Source: Octopus bimaculoides
Lineage: Eukaryota
Assembly: GCF_001194135.2 (NCBI RefSeq)
Contig: NC_069006.1
Coordinates: 14,486,508 to 14,529,322, forward strand
Reading direction: 5' to 3'
DNA length: 42,815 bases
Of this stretch, positions 1-10,868 are shown piece by piece. How positions within the stretch are numbered: the first letter of the stretch is position 1; each line of letters begins with the position of its first letter. The translations under genes and the position numbers were made by a program. A model generated the notes under the pieces. It made no database searches and had not been told where the DNA came from. It saw only the letters and a program-made list of their open reading frames with translations.

Positions 1-197
1 ATATATATATGTATATATATATGTGTGTGTGTGTGTGTATATACACATACATGCATATACATATATACATACACATATACATATATATGCACATACATGC
101 ATATACATATATATATACATACACATATATATATACACATATATGCATATATGTATATATATATACATAGGCATATATATATACACATACATGAATA

Positions 198-230
<33 letters not shown>
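1..230. repeat. Compound (TA)n/(CA)n/(TG)n microsatellite
   Basis: Directly visible alternating dinucleotides; source of the spurious IY/HT ORFs 23-255. Confidence 0.95.
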
Positions 231-236
<6 letters not shown>

Positions 237-269
237 TATACATAGGCTGGAGTAGAATTGACTTAGCCA

Positions 270-337
270 AAGTATCACACTCTGGGCTTGATCTAGAACC
301 GCGTGGTTACAAAACAGGTTTCTTCACCACACAGCCT
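270..337 (-). mobile_element. Degenerate SINE family A head fragment
   Basis: Reverse complement ggctgtgtggtgaagaaacctgttttgtaaccacgcggttctag resembles the family A head ggctgtgtggtaagtagcttgcttaccaaccacatggttccggg. Confidence 0.5.
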
Positions 338-839
338 CAGAAAAACCTCATCCAAAATAAAGAATTTACTAGATTTTAACCCTATTTGGTCTCTACGTTA
401 ATAATGAGGGTGCAGTGGAGCAATAAATTACTCAAAGATCTATTTTTGTTTCTTGGGGTGACCGGGGAGGCTGTTAATTGATTATTTAAGAACTACTACT
501 TTTGACCATAAGACGATTAGATAAAGCTTGACTTTGTGATAAACAAGAACGACAACAACAATAGCTGGCACAACTTGCATGCCCATCGTCACTATAAATG
601 CCTCACAACAATTTCAATTATGCTACCACTTCTACGATACAGCTATTATCTTAGTAATCATAGTACACAAATCCATCTACTGCCTTAACTGCAACCACAT
701 CAGCAACATTTAATACGTACTGCTGTTTCTGAAACGATACCCATACAACAATTAATACCATCATCTCAATACTAAAGCCATTAAGAACAAGGATGACAAC
801 TATAACAGCTATGAAGAAAAGGATCTGCTCGCATAGATC

Positions 840-1560
840 AGTAAGCACCACTGCTACCATTACCGCTGCCAACAACGCTAGTACGACAGATACTATTACC
901 ACCGCCACTATCACTATCATCACAACCACCGCAACTACAAACAATGCTAACACCAATAATAACACCACTATCACAACTACCACCACTACCCCCCACCACC
1001 ATATACAACAATCACCAGCACTATCACTAACACCACCACCATCACTGCCACTAACACCACCTGCAAAATCACTAGGGCTACACCGCCACTAACACTTGCA
1101 CCACAACCACAAACATTACCCCATCACCACTACCACTACCGCCACCGCCACCATCAATACACCAACGGTAACACCACCTGCACGACCACTAACACAATCA
1201 CCGCTAATACCACCACCACCACTATCACCGCCAGTAACATCACTTGCAAACAACCACCACTATCACCACCAATACCACCACCGCCACAACCACCAAGATT
1301 ATCCCACCAACACCAGCACTATCACCACTATCACCGCCACTACCACCACCACATTTACCACCACCACCATCACCACCACCTTCACTACCATTAACATCAT
1401 CGTCAATGACAACACTAACACAACACCGCCACCACCATCACTCACTATCACTCTCACCATCACCAGCACAACCAAGTGCACCACCACTACTACCAGCACC
1501 ACCACCACTAATACTGCCACCCCCACCACCCTACCACAACCACCACTACCAAGTTCATCA
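840..1560. repeat. Degenerate compound trinucleotide array (ACC/ACT/ATC/AAC)
   Basis: Phase-retained CAC/ACC/ACT units; gives Thr/His/Pro-rich ORFs in all + frames and Val-rich ORFs on -. Confidence 0.85.
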
Positions 1561-1905
1561 ACCGACTCAATCAATACGATGCCATATTACAAAGCAATAA
1601 GAACGTGATCATTAATCTGTCTCTTAAGCCATTTGAACAAAGGACCGTCTCCCACTCATGTCAGAATGCAGCGGTGCACACGAAATCAGTCTAATGTATA
1701 CTGCCAGTGCAGTTGCATAATTGCACCCAAAGAACGTCAGCAGCAACGCCACCACCTGCACCAACTGCAGCACTTACAGAAGCAATGGAGGTGTGGGTGC
1801 TGTGTGTGTGTGTGTGTGGGGGGTGTATGTAGAGGCAGGTGTGGAGAAGGAATTTTCACTTAGTATATGCAGCGACATTATCATTAAAAAAATTAAAACA
1901 GAAAT

Positions 1906-2015
1906 TGTGTGTGTGTGTGAGCATCTGTGTGTGTGTGAGCATCTGTGTGTGTGTGAGCATCTGTGTGTGTGTGAGCATCTGTGTGTGTGTGAGCATCTGT
2001 GTGTGTGTGTGAGCA

Positions 2016-2049
<34 letters not shown>

Positions 2050-2260
2050 TGTGTGTGCATCTGTGTGTGTGTGCGTCTGTGTGTGTGCCTGTGTGTGTAT
2101 GTGTGTGTGTCTCTGTGTGTCTCTGTGTGTCTGTGTGTGCCTGTGTGTGTGCGTGCCTGTGTGTGTACCTGTGTAGGTATGCGTAAAAGTGCGCGTGTGT
2201 GATATGTGTGTGTGTGTGATTTGGTGGGTGGATGTGTGTGTGTGTGTGTGTGTGTGCCTG
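1906..2260. repeat. (GT)n array containing an 18-bp minisatellite (GAGCATCT+(GT)5) x6
   Basis: GAGCATCT starts at 1919, 1937, 1955, 1973, 1991 and 2011. Confidence 0.95.
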
Positions 2261-2492
2261 TGTGTGAGTGGGAGTGTCATGAGTGTCTAAGTAGATATGT
2301 ATATGTGTACATATGTATAGCATCACGAAGACGAGATATAGCTTATATATGTGTGTGTTTGTGTGTGTATGTGTGCATACATACATACGCATATGTATAT
2401 GTGTATACCGATCTGTCTATTTCTCTGTTTGTCTGTCTGTCTCTCATTCCCTACACACACACACCCCACACGCACACATGCACATATGTAGA

Positions 2493-2657
2493 GGCGCAGG
2501 GGTGGCTGTGTGGTAAGTAGCTTGCTTACCGACAACATGGTTCCGGGTTCATTCTCACTGCGTCGCAACTTGGGCAAGTTTCTTCTACTATAGCCTTGGG
2601 CCGACCAAAGCCTTGTGAGTGGATTTGGTAGACGGAAACTGAAAGAAGCCAGCTGTA
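2493..2657 (+). mobile_element. SINE family A, 5' half (tRNA-like head plus CORE-like segment), ending in microsatellite
   Basis: ggcgcaggggtggctgtgtggtaagtag...ggttccgggttca (A/B-box-like), then caacttgggcaagtttcttctactatagcc; near-identical to the copies at 17614 and 21907. Confidence 0.92.
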
Positions 2658-2663
2658 TACATA

Positions 2664-2709
<46 letters not shown>

Positions 2710-2711
<2 letters not shown>

Positions 2712-2836
2712 ACAAACAGATGTGTTAGTTTAACGCTCGGGGAGTGAAAAAGTCTTTAACATTTCGAACCTACGCTCTTCCGCAGAAAAGGACACAGAAA
2801 GAAACAAGGAGAGAAAAAAAGAAATATGATGTAGGG
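2710..2836 (-). mobile_element. Dispersed repeat copy 1, probable Penelope-like terminal repeat with hammerhead-like motif
   Basis: Shares ttagtttaacgctcgg...tttcgaacc(t/g)acgctcttc...agaaagaaa with 41806-41990. Confidence 0.7.
2754..2789 (-). ncRNA. Degenerate minimal type-I hammerhead ribozyme-like motif
   Basis: Minus strand UUUU CUGCGGA A GAGC GUAG GUUC GAA AUGU U AAAG: stem I UUUU/AAAG, stem II GAGC/GUUC, GAA core; A6 replaced by C. Confidence 0.5.
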
Positions 2837-3734
2837 TAATATATTTGAGTGCGTGATGCATACATACAAGCACAGAGAGATAGACACACACACACACAGA
2901 CCCACACATAGAAAGAGGAAAGCGTAATGTCTTACATTTGTTAACAAACATATTTGCAAATGAACACATGTTTCGGATGTATTCCTTCCCCTCAATCACA
3001 CTTGTCTCTTGAGAAAAGTCAGATTACTATCTCCTAAACATGAACATTCAATATTCCGTAAAACAAATACCAGATTGTCTCGTGTACATATCTATCATAT
3101 GCAAGTCTCACTCCTTATTCAGTGCTAAAATCTTTGCATAAATTTCTTCCATTCATTGTTTTAGCTTTACGTTGTGTATAAATAGCCCCCGCGTTTTTTT
3201 TTCGGCTTAAACCAATTATAAATTAATGCGTCTTATACACAAGCAAATTAAATTTCCCTGTAATTACTTCCATTTTGTTTGAAAGCCACTCGTAATTACT
3301 ACTAAGGATTTCTTCTTCCTCTAACAAAGTAGCAAATTTAATTTCATATAAATATATTCATGTTTACTTTCTTTGATATTCAAACCACCAACATCTACCT
3401 GATTTACGCTAAATAGCGCCAATGGCCATCGCTAGTTTTTTTTTCTTATCTCACATTTTGTGTTATTTGTATGTTTTCTGTGTATACTTCCGTGTGTTGT
3501 GATTACGTATATATTGCAATATGTAACGTCTGTATATGTTTGCTATATGTTTGCATATGTTAATGCATATGTGTGCTTTTGAGTGTATGTGTGTGAGTGT
3601 GTGTACGTCTGCGTGTGGAGGTTTGTGTTGATGTAATTGCATGTTCTCGTTTTGTGAATGTGTCTGTGTGTCTCATACATATTTTACAACATACATCTGT
3701 TGAAGTTATGTGAACTGGGAAGTACATGGATGTG

Positions 3735-3874
3735 TAAGGAGAGGAAGGAGAGAGAGAGAAAAAAAAAGACAGAGATTGAGAAAGAGAATAAGCGGTATTA
3801 AAACAAAAGTGTTTGAACGTGTGAAATGAGGTGGATTTGAATGAAGAAGACGGGAGAGAAACTCAAAGAAGGAA

Positions 3875-3909
<35 letters not shown>

Positions 3910-3985
3910 GAATGAAAGAGGGGGTAGCGGTAGGATAGTTAGAGAGAAAGAGAGTGAGATTATTTGAAAGATATAGAAAGAAGAA
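3735..3985. repeat. GA-rich tract including (GA)n at ~3881-3906
   Basis: Directly visible purine-rich low-complexity sequence. Confidence 0.85.
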
Positions 3986-3999
3986 TTAATACTTAGCCA

Positions 4000-4335
4000 C
4001 AAGAGCACATACTCACACGTACACACATGCAAATGTACTGAAGTATATAAATAAATGTGTGTGCGAGTTTTAGATGTACATGCACACAAGTATATGCATA
4101 CAAACGTGCATACATACATACATAAATACATACATAAATACATACATACATATATACGAATGAATGCGTGTGTGTTATGGTATGGTATAATATATACACA
4201 GCTATATATAGGTATGCAACATATATGTACATATGGTTATATTATGCATATATAGATATATGTATGTGTATGCATACGTATAAACACACATCTGTATATA
4301 CATATATGTATATACATATATATTTGATATATACT

Positions 4336-4394
<59 letters not shown>

Positions 4395-4397
4395 GTA

Positions 4398-4464
<67 letters not shown>

Positions 4465-4479
4465 ATATATATATATATA
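4000..4479. repeat. Compound (TACA)/(TA)n/(CT)n/(TG)n microsatellite
   Basis: Directly visible. Confidence 0.9.
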
Positions 4480-5010
4480 ATGGAGAAATTATACAAAATG
4501 TATAAATAAATGATGTGTAAAGCACCGGCACATATTTCGATTACCTGTTGTTATTCGTAGATTTATTGCAGGAACTTCGTAGTGGCGGTTGGGATAACGG
4601 TATTAATAAAATAGATGGATTGTGTAAAAGATTTTATTGGGTATGACACTCACTTGTTTAGACCCGTTCTGGGTCTCTTCGGGTACCTTACTTTTTAGAT
4701 GGTTATCATGGATATTGTAATTATTGCTCTGTTGGTTGGTAGTATAATTCGAGTTATAAACGTTGTCCCTGTGTTGATCATATGAGTCATGGTTGATGTC
4801 GAGAAGGTTATTTTGAGTGGGTACTAATCTTAGCCTCACTTTACAGTTGTTAATCCTATGAATATGGTGCTCTAAGTTTGATGAATTTGCATAGGATAGT
4901 TTTATAGTGTGACGGTTGAATATATTGCTGTACATTCCATTTTTAGGGAAGCAGCGATCAAGTGCGGTGAAAAATTGTTTCGCGATCTTAGATGATATAT
5001 ATTGGTATTT
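4480..5010 (-). mobile_element. Penelope-like retroelement fragment (region C-terminal to the RT domain, plus putative 3' end)
   Basis: Minus frame from 4992 reads SKIAKQFFTALDRCFPKNGMYSNIFNRHTIKLSYANSSNLEHHIHRINNCK, matching from memory the Penelope motif IGKxFLxLIDKHFPxxHxLxKIFNRNTxKxSYSCMPN; the end abuts (TA)n at ~4480. Confidence 0.8.
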
Positions 5011-5019
5011 ATAGAAAAT

Positions 5020-5260
5020 TGATTGATAGATAGACAGATAGATAGAGGAGCACTTGACATGATGCTAAGACAGATAAGGAGGAAAAGGCAGAGGACAGAT
5101 ATAGGAAGAGATAGAAAGATAGAGACAGATAGATAGAGAGAGAGAGAGAATGAAGTTAAGAGAGAGAGAGGAGGAAGGAAAGAAAGGGAGAGAGAAGGAA
5201 GGAAAGAGAGAGATATGGACAGACGGGGACGGAGTTTAAAGTAGGGAAATAGGGACAATG
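5020..5260. repeat. (TAGA)/(GA)/(GGAA) low-complexity tract
   Basis: Directly visible; truncates the Penelope fragment on its 5' side. Confidence 0.85.
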
Positions 5261-5704
5261 AAGTGGAAATCTCAAGAAGTTTAAAATTTAGGATAAAATG
5301 AAGAATATATGCGAATTTGCGAAATATGCACAATTTTAGAAAATTGTGAAAGTTATTAAGATATTTTTGGAAATTAGGACAATTTGAAAAATGAGGTGTA
5401 TTTGAGTATTTTTTGAAAAAACTGAGTCATTAGGATAAATTGAGAAAAATTAGGACAAATTGTGTAATTGAAAAAACTGAAGTTTTAACGAATTGAAGTA
5501 GAAAACGCAAAATTGAATACAATCGGCTAATTTACGACATATTCAGAAATTATGATCGATGTATATATGTGTACAAACTCACACACATGTTCAAAGCAAT
5601 GTATATATATGTGTAATGTGTATTTATGTCTGTGCATGTGCGAATATGTGTATAGCTAATACTAACAGAGCGGTGTGCGGAATGCAGAATAAATTGTATA
5701 CAAG

Positions 5705-5708
<4 letters not shown>

Positions 5709-5765
<57 letters not shown>

Positions 5766-5790
5766 ATGTATGTGTGTGTGTGTGTGTGTA
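5709..5790. repeat. (TA)n(TG)n microsatellite
   Basis: Directly visible. Confidence 0.95.
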
Positions 5791-6532
5791 TACAAGTTCA
5801 CATAATGATGCATATGTATGTATACAGTGAATGTTATATAAATATTTCATGAAAGGGTCTATTTACAAACCGAGGTTGAGAGCATGCTCATTAAACATAT
5901 ATATCTGAGATTCTTGACAGGTATACACACATTGATACTTACATACATACTCACACACACATACACACGTGCGTATATATATATGTATGTATGTATGTAT
6001 GTATATCAATGTAGTAGAAATCCTTGCGATCAAGGCAATTAACTCCATAGTACTTCGTGCGAATATATGGCAAACAAGGTACAAGACAGAAATACTTATA
6101 AAACTACTTATCCATTACCCAATCAATAAAATAAATAATGCAATATTAACTACTTAATTCGTGATATTATGCCTCTGTAAATCCAAGTGTATATAAGAAC
6201 GAAACACTGCATATTTCTCGTGGAGTAAAATACATTAATAAATTAATATCAATTGAATCGATTCTGTATGGTACGTACGTTTCTATAGACTTGTTATGTA
6301 GTTGCTTGTTAACATATATTACATAATAGAACAAAATAACCAGACCAATTCATCAGGCGTCATTGCATAATCAACATCCATACTTATCTGCTATGTAAGC
6401 ATTTAAATAACTTCTAAATAAATAATTTTTCGGTGGAAATGTATGTGATCGGCTCCATTAATATTACAAAATATGATTCCATTAAACTGGTTAATATAAT
6501 TTGCATAACAGGGAATCTGCTGAAAATATACT

Positions 6533-6643
6533 TTTATTCTTTTACTTACTTCAGTCACTTCACTGCGGCCATGATGCAGGAGCACCGCCTTTAGTCGAAT
6601 AAATCGAACCGAGGACGTATTTTTGTAAACCTAGTACTTATCG
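6533..6643 (-). mobile_element. SINE family A 3' module
   Basis: Reverse complement ataagtactaggtttacaaaaatacgtcc...ttcgactaaaggcggtgctcc...atggccgcagtgaagtgactgaagtaagtaaaaga matches 22200-22300. Confidence 0.88.
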
Positions 6644-6686
6644 TTTATTTTGTAATTTTAATCTTGCCAAACAGTTTAGGCATATA

Positions 6687-7097
6687 GACGCAAGCGTGTC
6701 CACGTAGTAAGAAGTTTGCTTCCCAAGCACATAGTTCTGGGTTCAGTTCCACTGCGTGGCATTTCGGAAAAAGTGTCTCTACGATAGCCTCGTGCTGGCC
6801 AAAGCCTTATGAGTGGATTTGTTAGACGGAAACTGAAAGAAACCCGTCGTATGTATATGTATATATCCATGTGTGTGTATGGTGTGTCTGTGTTTGTCCC
6901 CCCACCTCCCATCACCACTTGACAACCGTTGTGGGTGTGTTTACGTCCTCCTAGCTTAGCGATTTAGCAAAAGTGAAAATAAGTACCAGGCTTAACAAAA
7001 AAAAAAGTATTGGAATCGATGCATTTGACTAAAAATTCATCAAGGCGGTGCTCCAGCCTGGCCGCAGTGAGATGTCTGAAGCAAGTAAAAGCTAAAG
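6687..7097 (+). mobile_element. SINE family A, full length, diverged
   Basis: Head, CORE-like segment, internal TA/TG tract and 3' module aaggcggtgctccagc...ctgaagcaagtaaaag all present. Confidence 0.9.
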
Positions 7098-7926
7098 TTC
7101 ATGTTACTACAGTCCTTCTTCCCCTCTCTGTATGTATGAAATGCTCATAAATATCTGCAGAATATTTTGTCTGTGACAGAAGGTATGTATTCTTTCTCCG
7201 ATACAGGGCCAAAAGGGTTAGATATTAACAAAACAAGTCTCACATGTTCTGCAGCAGGAATTATTGAGGTTGGAGGATACCGTTTACATAACAGAATTTA
7301 TTGTTTCATGAGATATCGCAGCATTACAAGTTTGATGCGCATTTATCTGAGCATATCAATAAAAAAATTGTTTGAATATTAACCTTTGAGTTTAAAATTG
7401 GAAAAAAAAAAAAAAATTCAACTTGTTATTAATTTTGAAACCTGCTCATCTTAAAAAAAAAATTAAACTACATATAAATTTATAGTATGTAATTTAGCTT
7501 ATATCTAACGATATTACCTAAGTAGATATTGTTAATTTAAATCAGCCATAATGTTTGCATTGAATTTATTTCAAGCGATTTAATAAAACTAAATTTTATT
7601 TGAAATAGAGGTAATCAAACCAATAACTTCTTTTAAGAATATTCATTATCGTTCGAAGATAAAAATGAGTCTAAATTACATTTAGTATCAAAATTGCAAC
7701 TAAATTTTACAGCAGACCTTAGAAGAATTTAATAAAAAAGTTTAAAACACATACTGAGTGCATTGCTGGTTCTTTAAACGAAAACCAAAATTCTTGTTAG
7801 ATTCATTGATACAGGATAGAACTGGCTAAGGAGAAAATCATAAATGTCTAAACATTGGTATCTCTTCGAATCGAGTGTTCAGGACACACAATAGGCTGAA
7901 AGGGAAGCTACTCCCCAGAAAAGAAC

Positions 7927-7992
7927 GTGCTCAACCACTTGCAGTTAATTTCACTGGCAGGCTGTTCCGTCGTCGTAAGTGGCGGAGTGCCA
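7927..7992 (+). mobile_element. SINE family C 3' fragment
   Basis: gtgctcaaccacttgcagttaatttcac...gcaggctgttccgt...gtcgtaagtggcggagtgcc matches 20260-20351 with an internal deletion. Confidence 0.8.
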
Positions 7993-9094
7993 AAGTACCT
8001 ATTGTGTAGCTGCCTTGGGTATTCGCCCTTCTGGCAATCAGAAAATACGACCTGCAGGTCTCACTTTTCTTTCCGGCAGAAACTCCTGCAGGCTATTCAT
8101 TCCGGCACAATGCCCTGCTGGCTTTTCTCAGGACTATCATTATAGTCGGTCTTGAGTATTTTACGTAAACGCAATCGAGAGAATTCTCTCGACCACCGAT
8201 AGTTAATAGGTTTCATTAGTATACAATGCAATAACTAGAAGGTTAACAGGTATATTTAGACTTAAAAAGGGAGAGCTAAATGAAAAATATGAACCTGCCT
8301 TCAAAGAAGCAAAGGTGCAAGTGATTAGAGAAGTATTTCTTCAAATAGTATGATAATGTAGCTAAGAAATGATGACTGACAAAGGAATGAGTGATAATGA
8401 AATTAGGAGAAAAATCAAATACTACTAAAAGAAACTTAATCTATATATACAATAAATTACATATATCTTTGGAATTCGTATAGCTTGAAAGTAATTTATA
8501 GTTCTAATGACTTAATGTTTGTTAGCTGATATCAATTCAATGTGTCGGTTAATTAACTGAACTTTAGAACAAAAAACTTCATATGATTGACAGCGCAAAA
8601 TTGCTTGCCCAGCTTTTCATTGATAGTGTAGATTTGTGCGAAAGATAGTCAGTTCCCATTTAATATTATATGGTTTATTGGCTTTTGAACCGTATTTAGT
8701 TCTTACATTTTACCAACATTAATATAGCAATGATATTTCAGTTCTCCCAACAAATTGTTATGACTACGTACAGAATCAGTTTCATATTTAGAGACTCTCT
8801 ATTCATAAGTATATAAGCCGTTATAATATTTCAAGGCAGTGACTCATACGTATTAAATACGCAGCAATTCTCACGCACGTATCTCTTTACACAGCATTAA
8901 CCCCATAATATTTACATTATATTTCCTCCTTCTTTTATAATAGGCTGTATACAACCTTATATCGGCCCCTTCTAATGGATTTCTACTTATCTCTTATTGA
9001 TAGAGATAATCCTTGACAGACATTAACATCGTTTTTCTCACGTTTTGAAACACCAGATACAGTGAAACTTCAAATCCACTCGTACATATTTTAT

Positions 9095-9262
9095 TTTCAA
9101 ATTTTGGCACAAGGCCAACAATTTTGTGGCTGAGGTAAGTCGATTATATCAACCCCCAGTGCTCAACTGGAACTTATTTTATCGACCCTAAAAGGATGAA
9201 AGACAAAATCTACCTCGGCGAATCGCCACTGTGCACTTGCTAACGATTCTGTCGTCTCTCTG
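9095..9262 (-). mobile_element. SINE family B copy (internally deleted head)
   Basis: tttcaaattttggcacaaggcc...gtcgattatatcaacccccagtgctcaactgg...ttatcgacc...ggatgaaag...gctaacgattctg. Confidence 0.88.
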
Positions 9263-10039
9263 TCTTAATTTACTCATTAAGCAAAAACTAAATATCTAAA
9301 TCTAATTCATAGTTGGAGACCTGTTAATATCAATATATGTGTGTATATATGTGCTTGTGTGTGTATGGGGGAGAGCGTGTGTGAATGTGTGTATGTATAT
9401 ATATAAAACAATGTAATACTCTATTTACCAGTTTCAGTACCACTCAGCTTTTAAGGCAATGGCAGAATTTCGATATTTGCCGAAGCTCATTTAAGTGTGT
9501 AAATAGACACGTGTTCAGTTACAACCTCATCCACCTATTGTAGCCTTCAGATGCAATGAAAATATTTAAAAAACTATTAATCAGTAAAGAATAGAAAGTT
9601 TTGAATGGTACAACAATGCACTATAATACAAAAAAATGGACCTGTTGTAATTTAGTTATCCATAGTCCGGTGATATTTCGGAATAAAATTCCTTCTCGAG
9701 ATACTCATAGATGGAGTCGCTGCTATTAATCAGTATATTTGATCGCAATAAAAACTCTATTGGAGTTTCTGAACGTTGTACCCTCCCCCACCCCCCAAAA
9801 AACTTCATGTGTCACGTGTACTCCATCACAAATTATGACAGAAATGTTATGATTTATACAGAAGGTGGGACTTGTAACGGTTCGCATTCGGTGTTGGGGC
9901 ACCGGAATACACCAAAAGTAACTTCATTTATGTTGGCTGCACACAGAAAAATAAAATAAAACATTCAATGGTCCTAGGTATGACGTCACACTATAATAGC
10001 CGTTCGACAAAACTTGAACATTTAACATCAAAGAGCTGT

Positions 10040-10674
10040 AAATTTTACCAAACATTTGTGGTAATAAATTAGCTAATGGTTGCAGGAATATCATAAATAA
10101 AAGTATAGTGACTGATCTGGATATCAAACAGATTCAGTCATATGTTCAGACCAGTAATTATACAAATTATGATGGAAATAAGGATACGAAATATCTCACC
10201 ACTGTGAAAAAAGAATTTAGTACGACAAACACCCGAAGCAAGACTCTCGAAGAAATTGCCACAGACACTAATGTAATTTAGAGTGAGTAGAGTGGCAGTG
10301 GAATCACAGACACTGAACTTGACAAACGGAAAGCAAAAATTAAATAAGCGTGGCGAAAGGTAAAGCACACCGAAGCTGGAGATTGCAAATCTCTTCTCAA
10401 GACTCGCTACTCAAAACGTAATGATAGATTAATAGACAAAGTAAATGCAGTTATAAAATCCACCTTGAGTGAAAATTAAGCAGATCTCACCGCGCTATAT
10501 AATCTACTTTATGATGCAGCTTCAATAACCATTGCAATGTATAGTATTCAAGTTGAGAGAAAAAGAAAACTCAATGCATAAACAGGAAACCAGCATAGCA
10601 AGAGAGAGAGTTAGAAATAAAATTAGTAAACTTGGATCTGATATTGAAATACTCAAGAATAATATCAAGAGCCA

Positions 10675-10708
<34 letters not shown>

Positions 10709-10833
10709 TAATAAAAAAGGTAGTGGGGGAGAGAAGAAGAAATATGTTAAGATATTAAAAGCTAAGAAGCTGAAGCTGAAGCTGAAAAGAAAATATGACG
10801 TAAAAAGCCGAAACGACTTTGACGAAGCAATTG

Positions 10834-10868
<35 letters not shown>

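Noticed and set aside
793-1608. Mucin-like Thr/Pro-rich gene
   Set aside because: All three + frames and a - frame are similarly open because of the trinucleotide array; there is no signal peptide, domain or splice support.
1919-2018. CRISPR-like repeat-spacer array
   Set aside because: The spacers are invariant (GT)n, the context is eukaryotic and there are no cas genes.
4525-4565. Hammerhead at the end of the Penelope fragment (minus: CUACGA-AUAAC-AACAG-GUAAU-C-GAAAUAUG)
   Set aside because: The position is suggestive, but the core has a deletion, stem II has a mismatch, and I found no stem I. It is too degenerate to call.
5285-5490. Interstitial telomere-like TTAGG repeats
   Set aside because: There are only about four scattered TTAGGA(C/T)AA motifs, not a tandem TTAGGG array.
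6403-6585. Minus-strand exon/ORF with acceptor tattttcag near 6520
   Set aside because: The ORF start and part of the acceptor context come from the adjacent SINE A tail, and the peptide is not recognisable.
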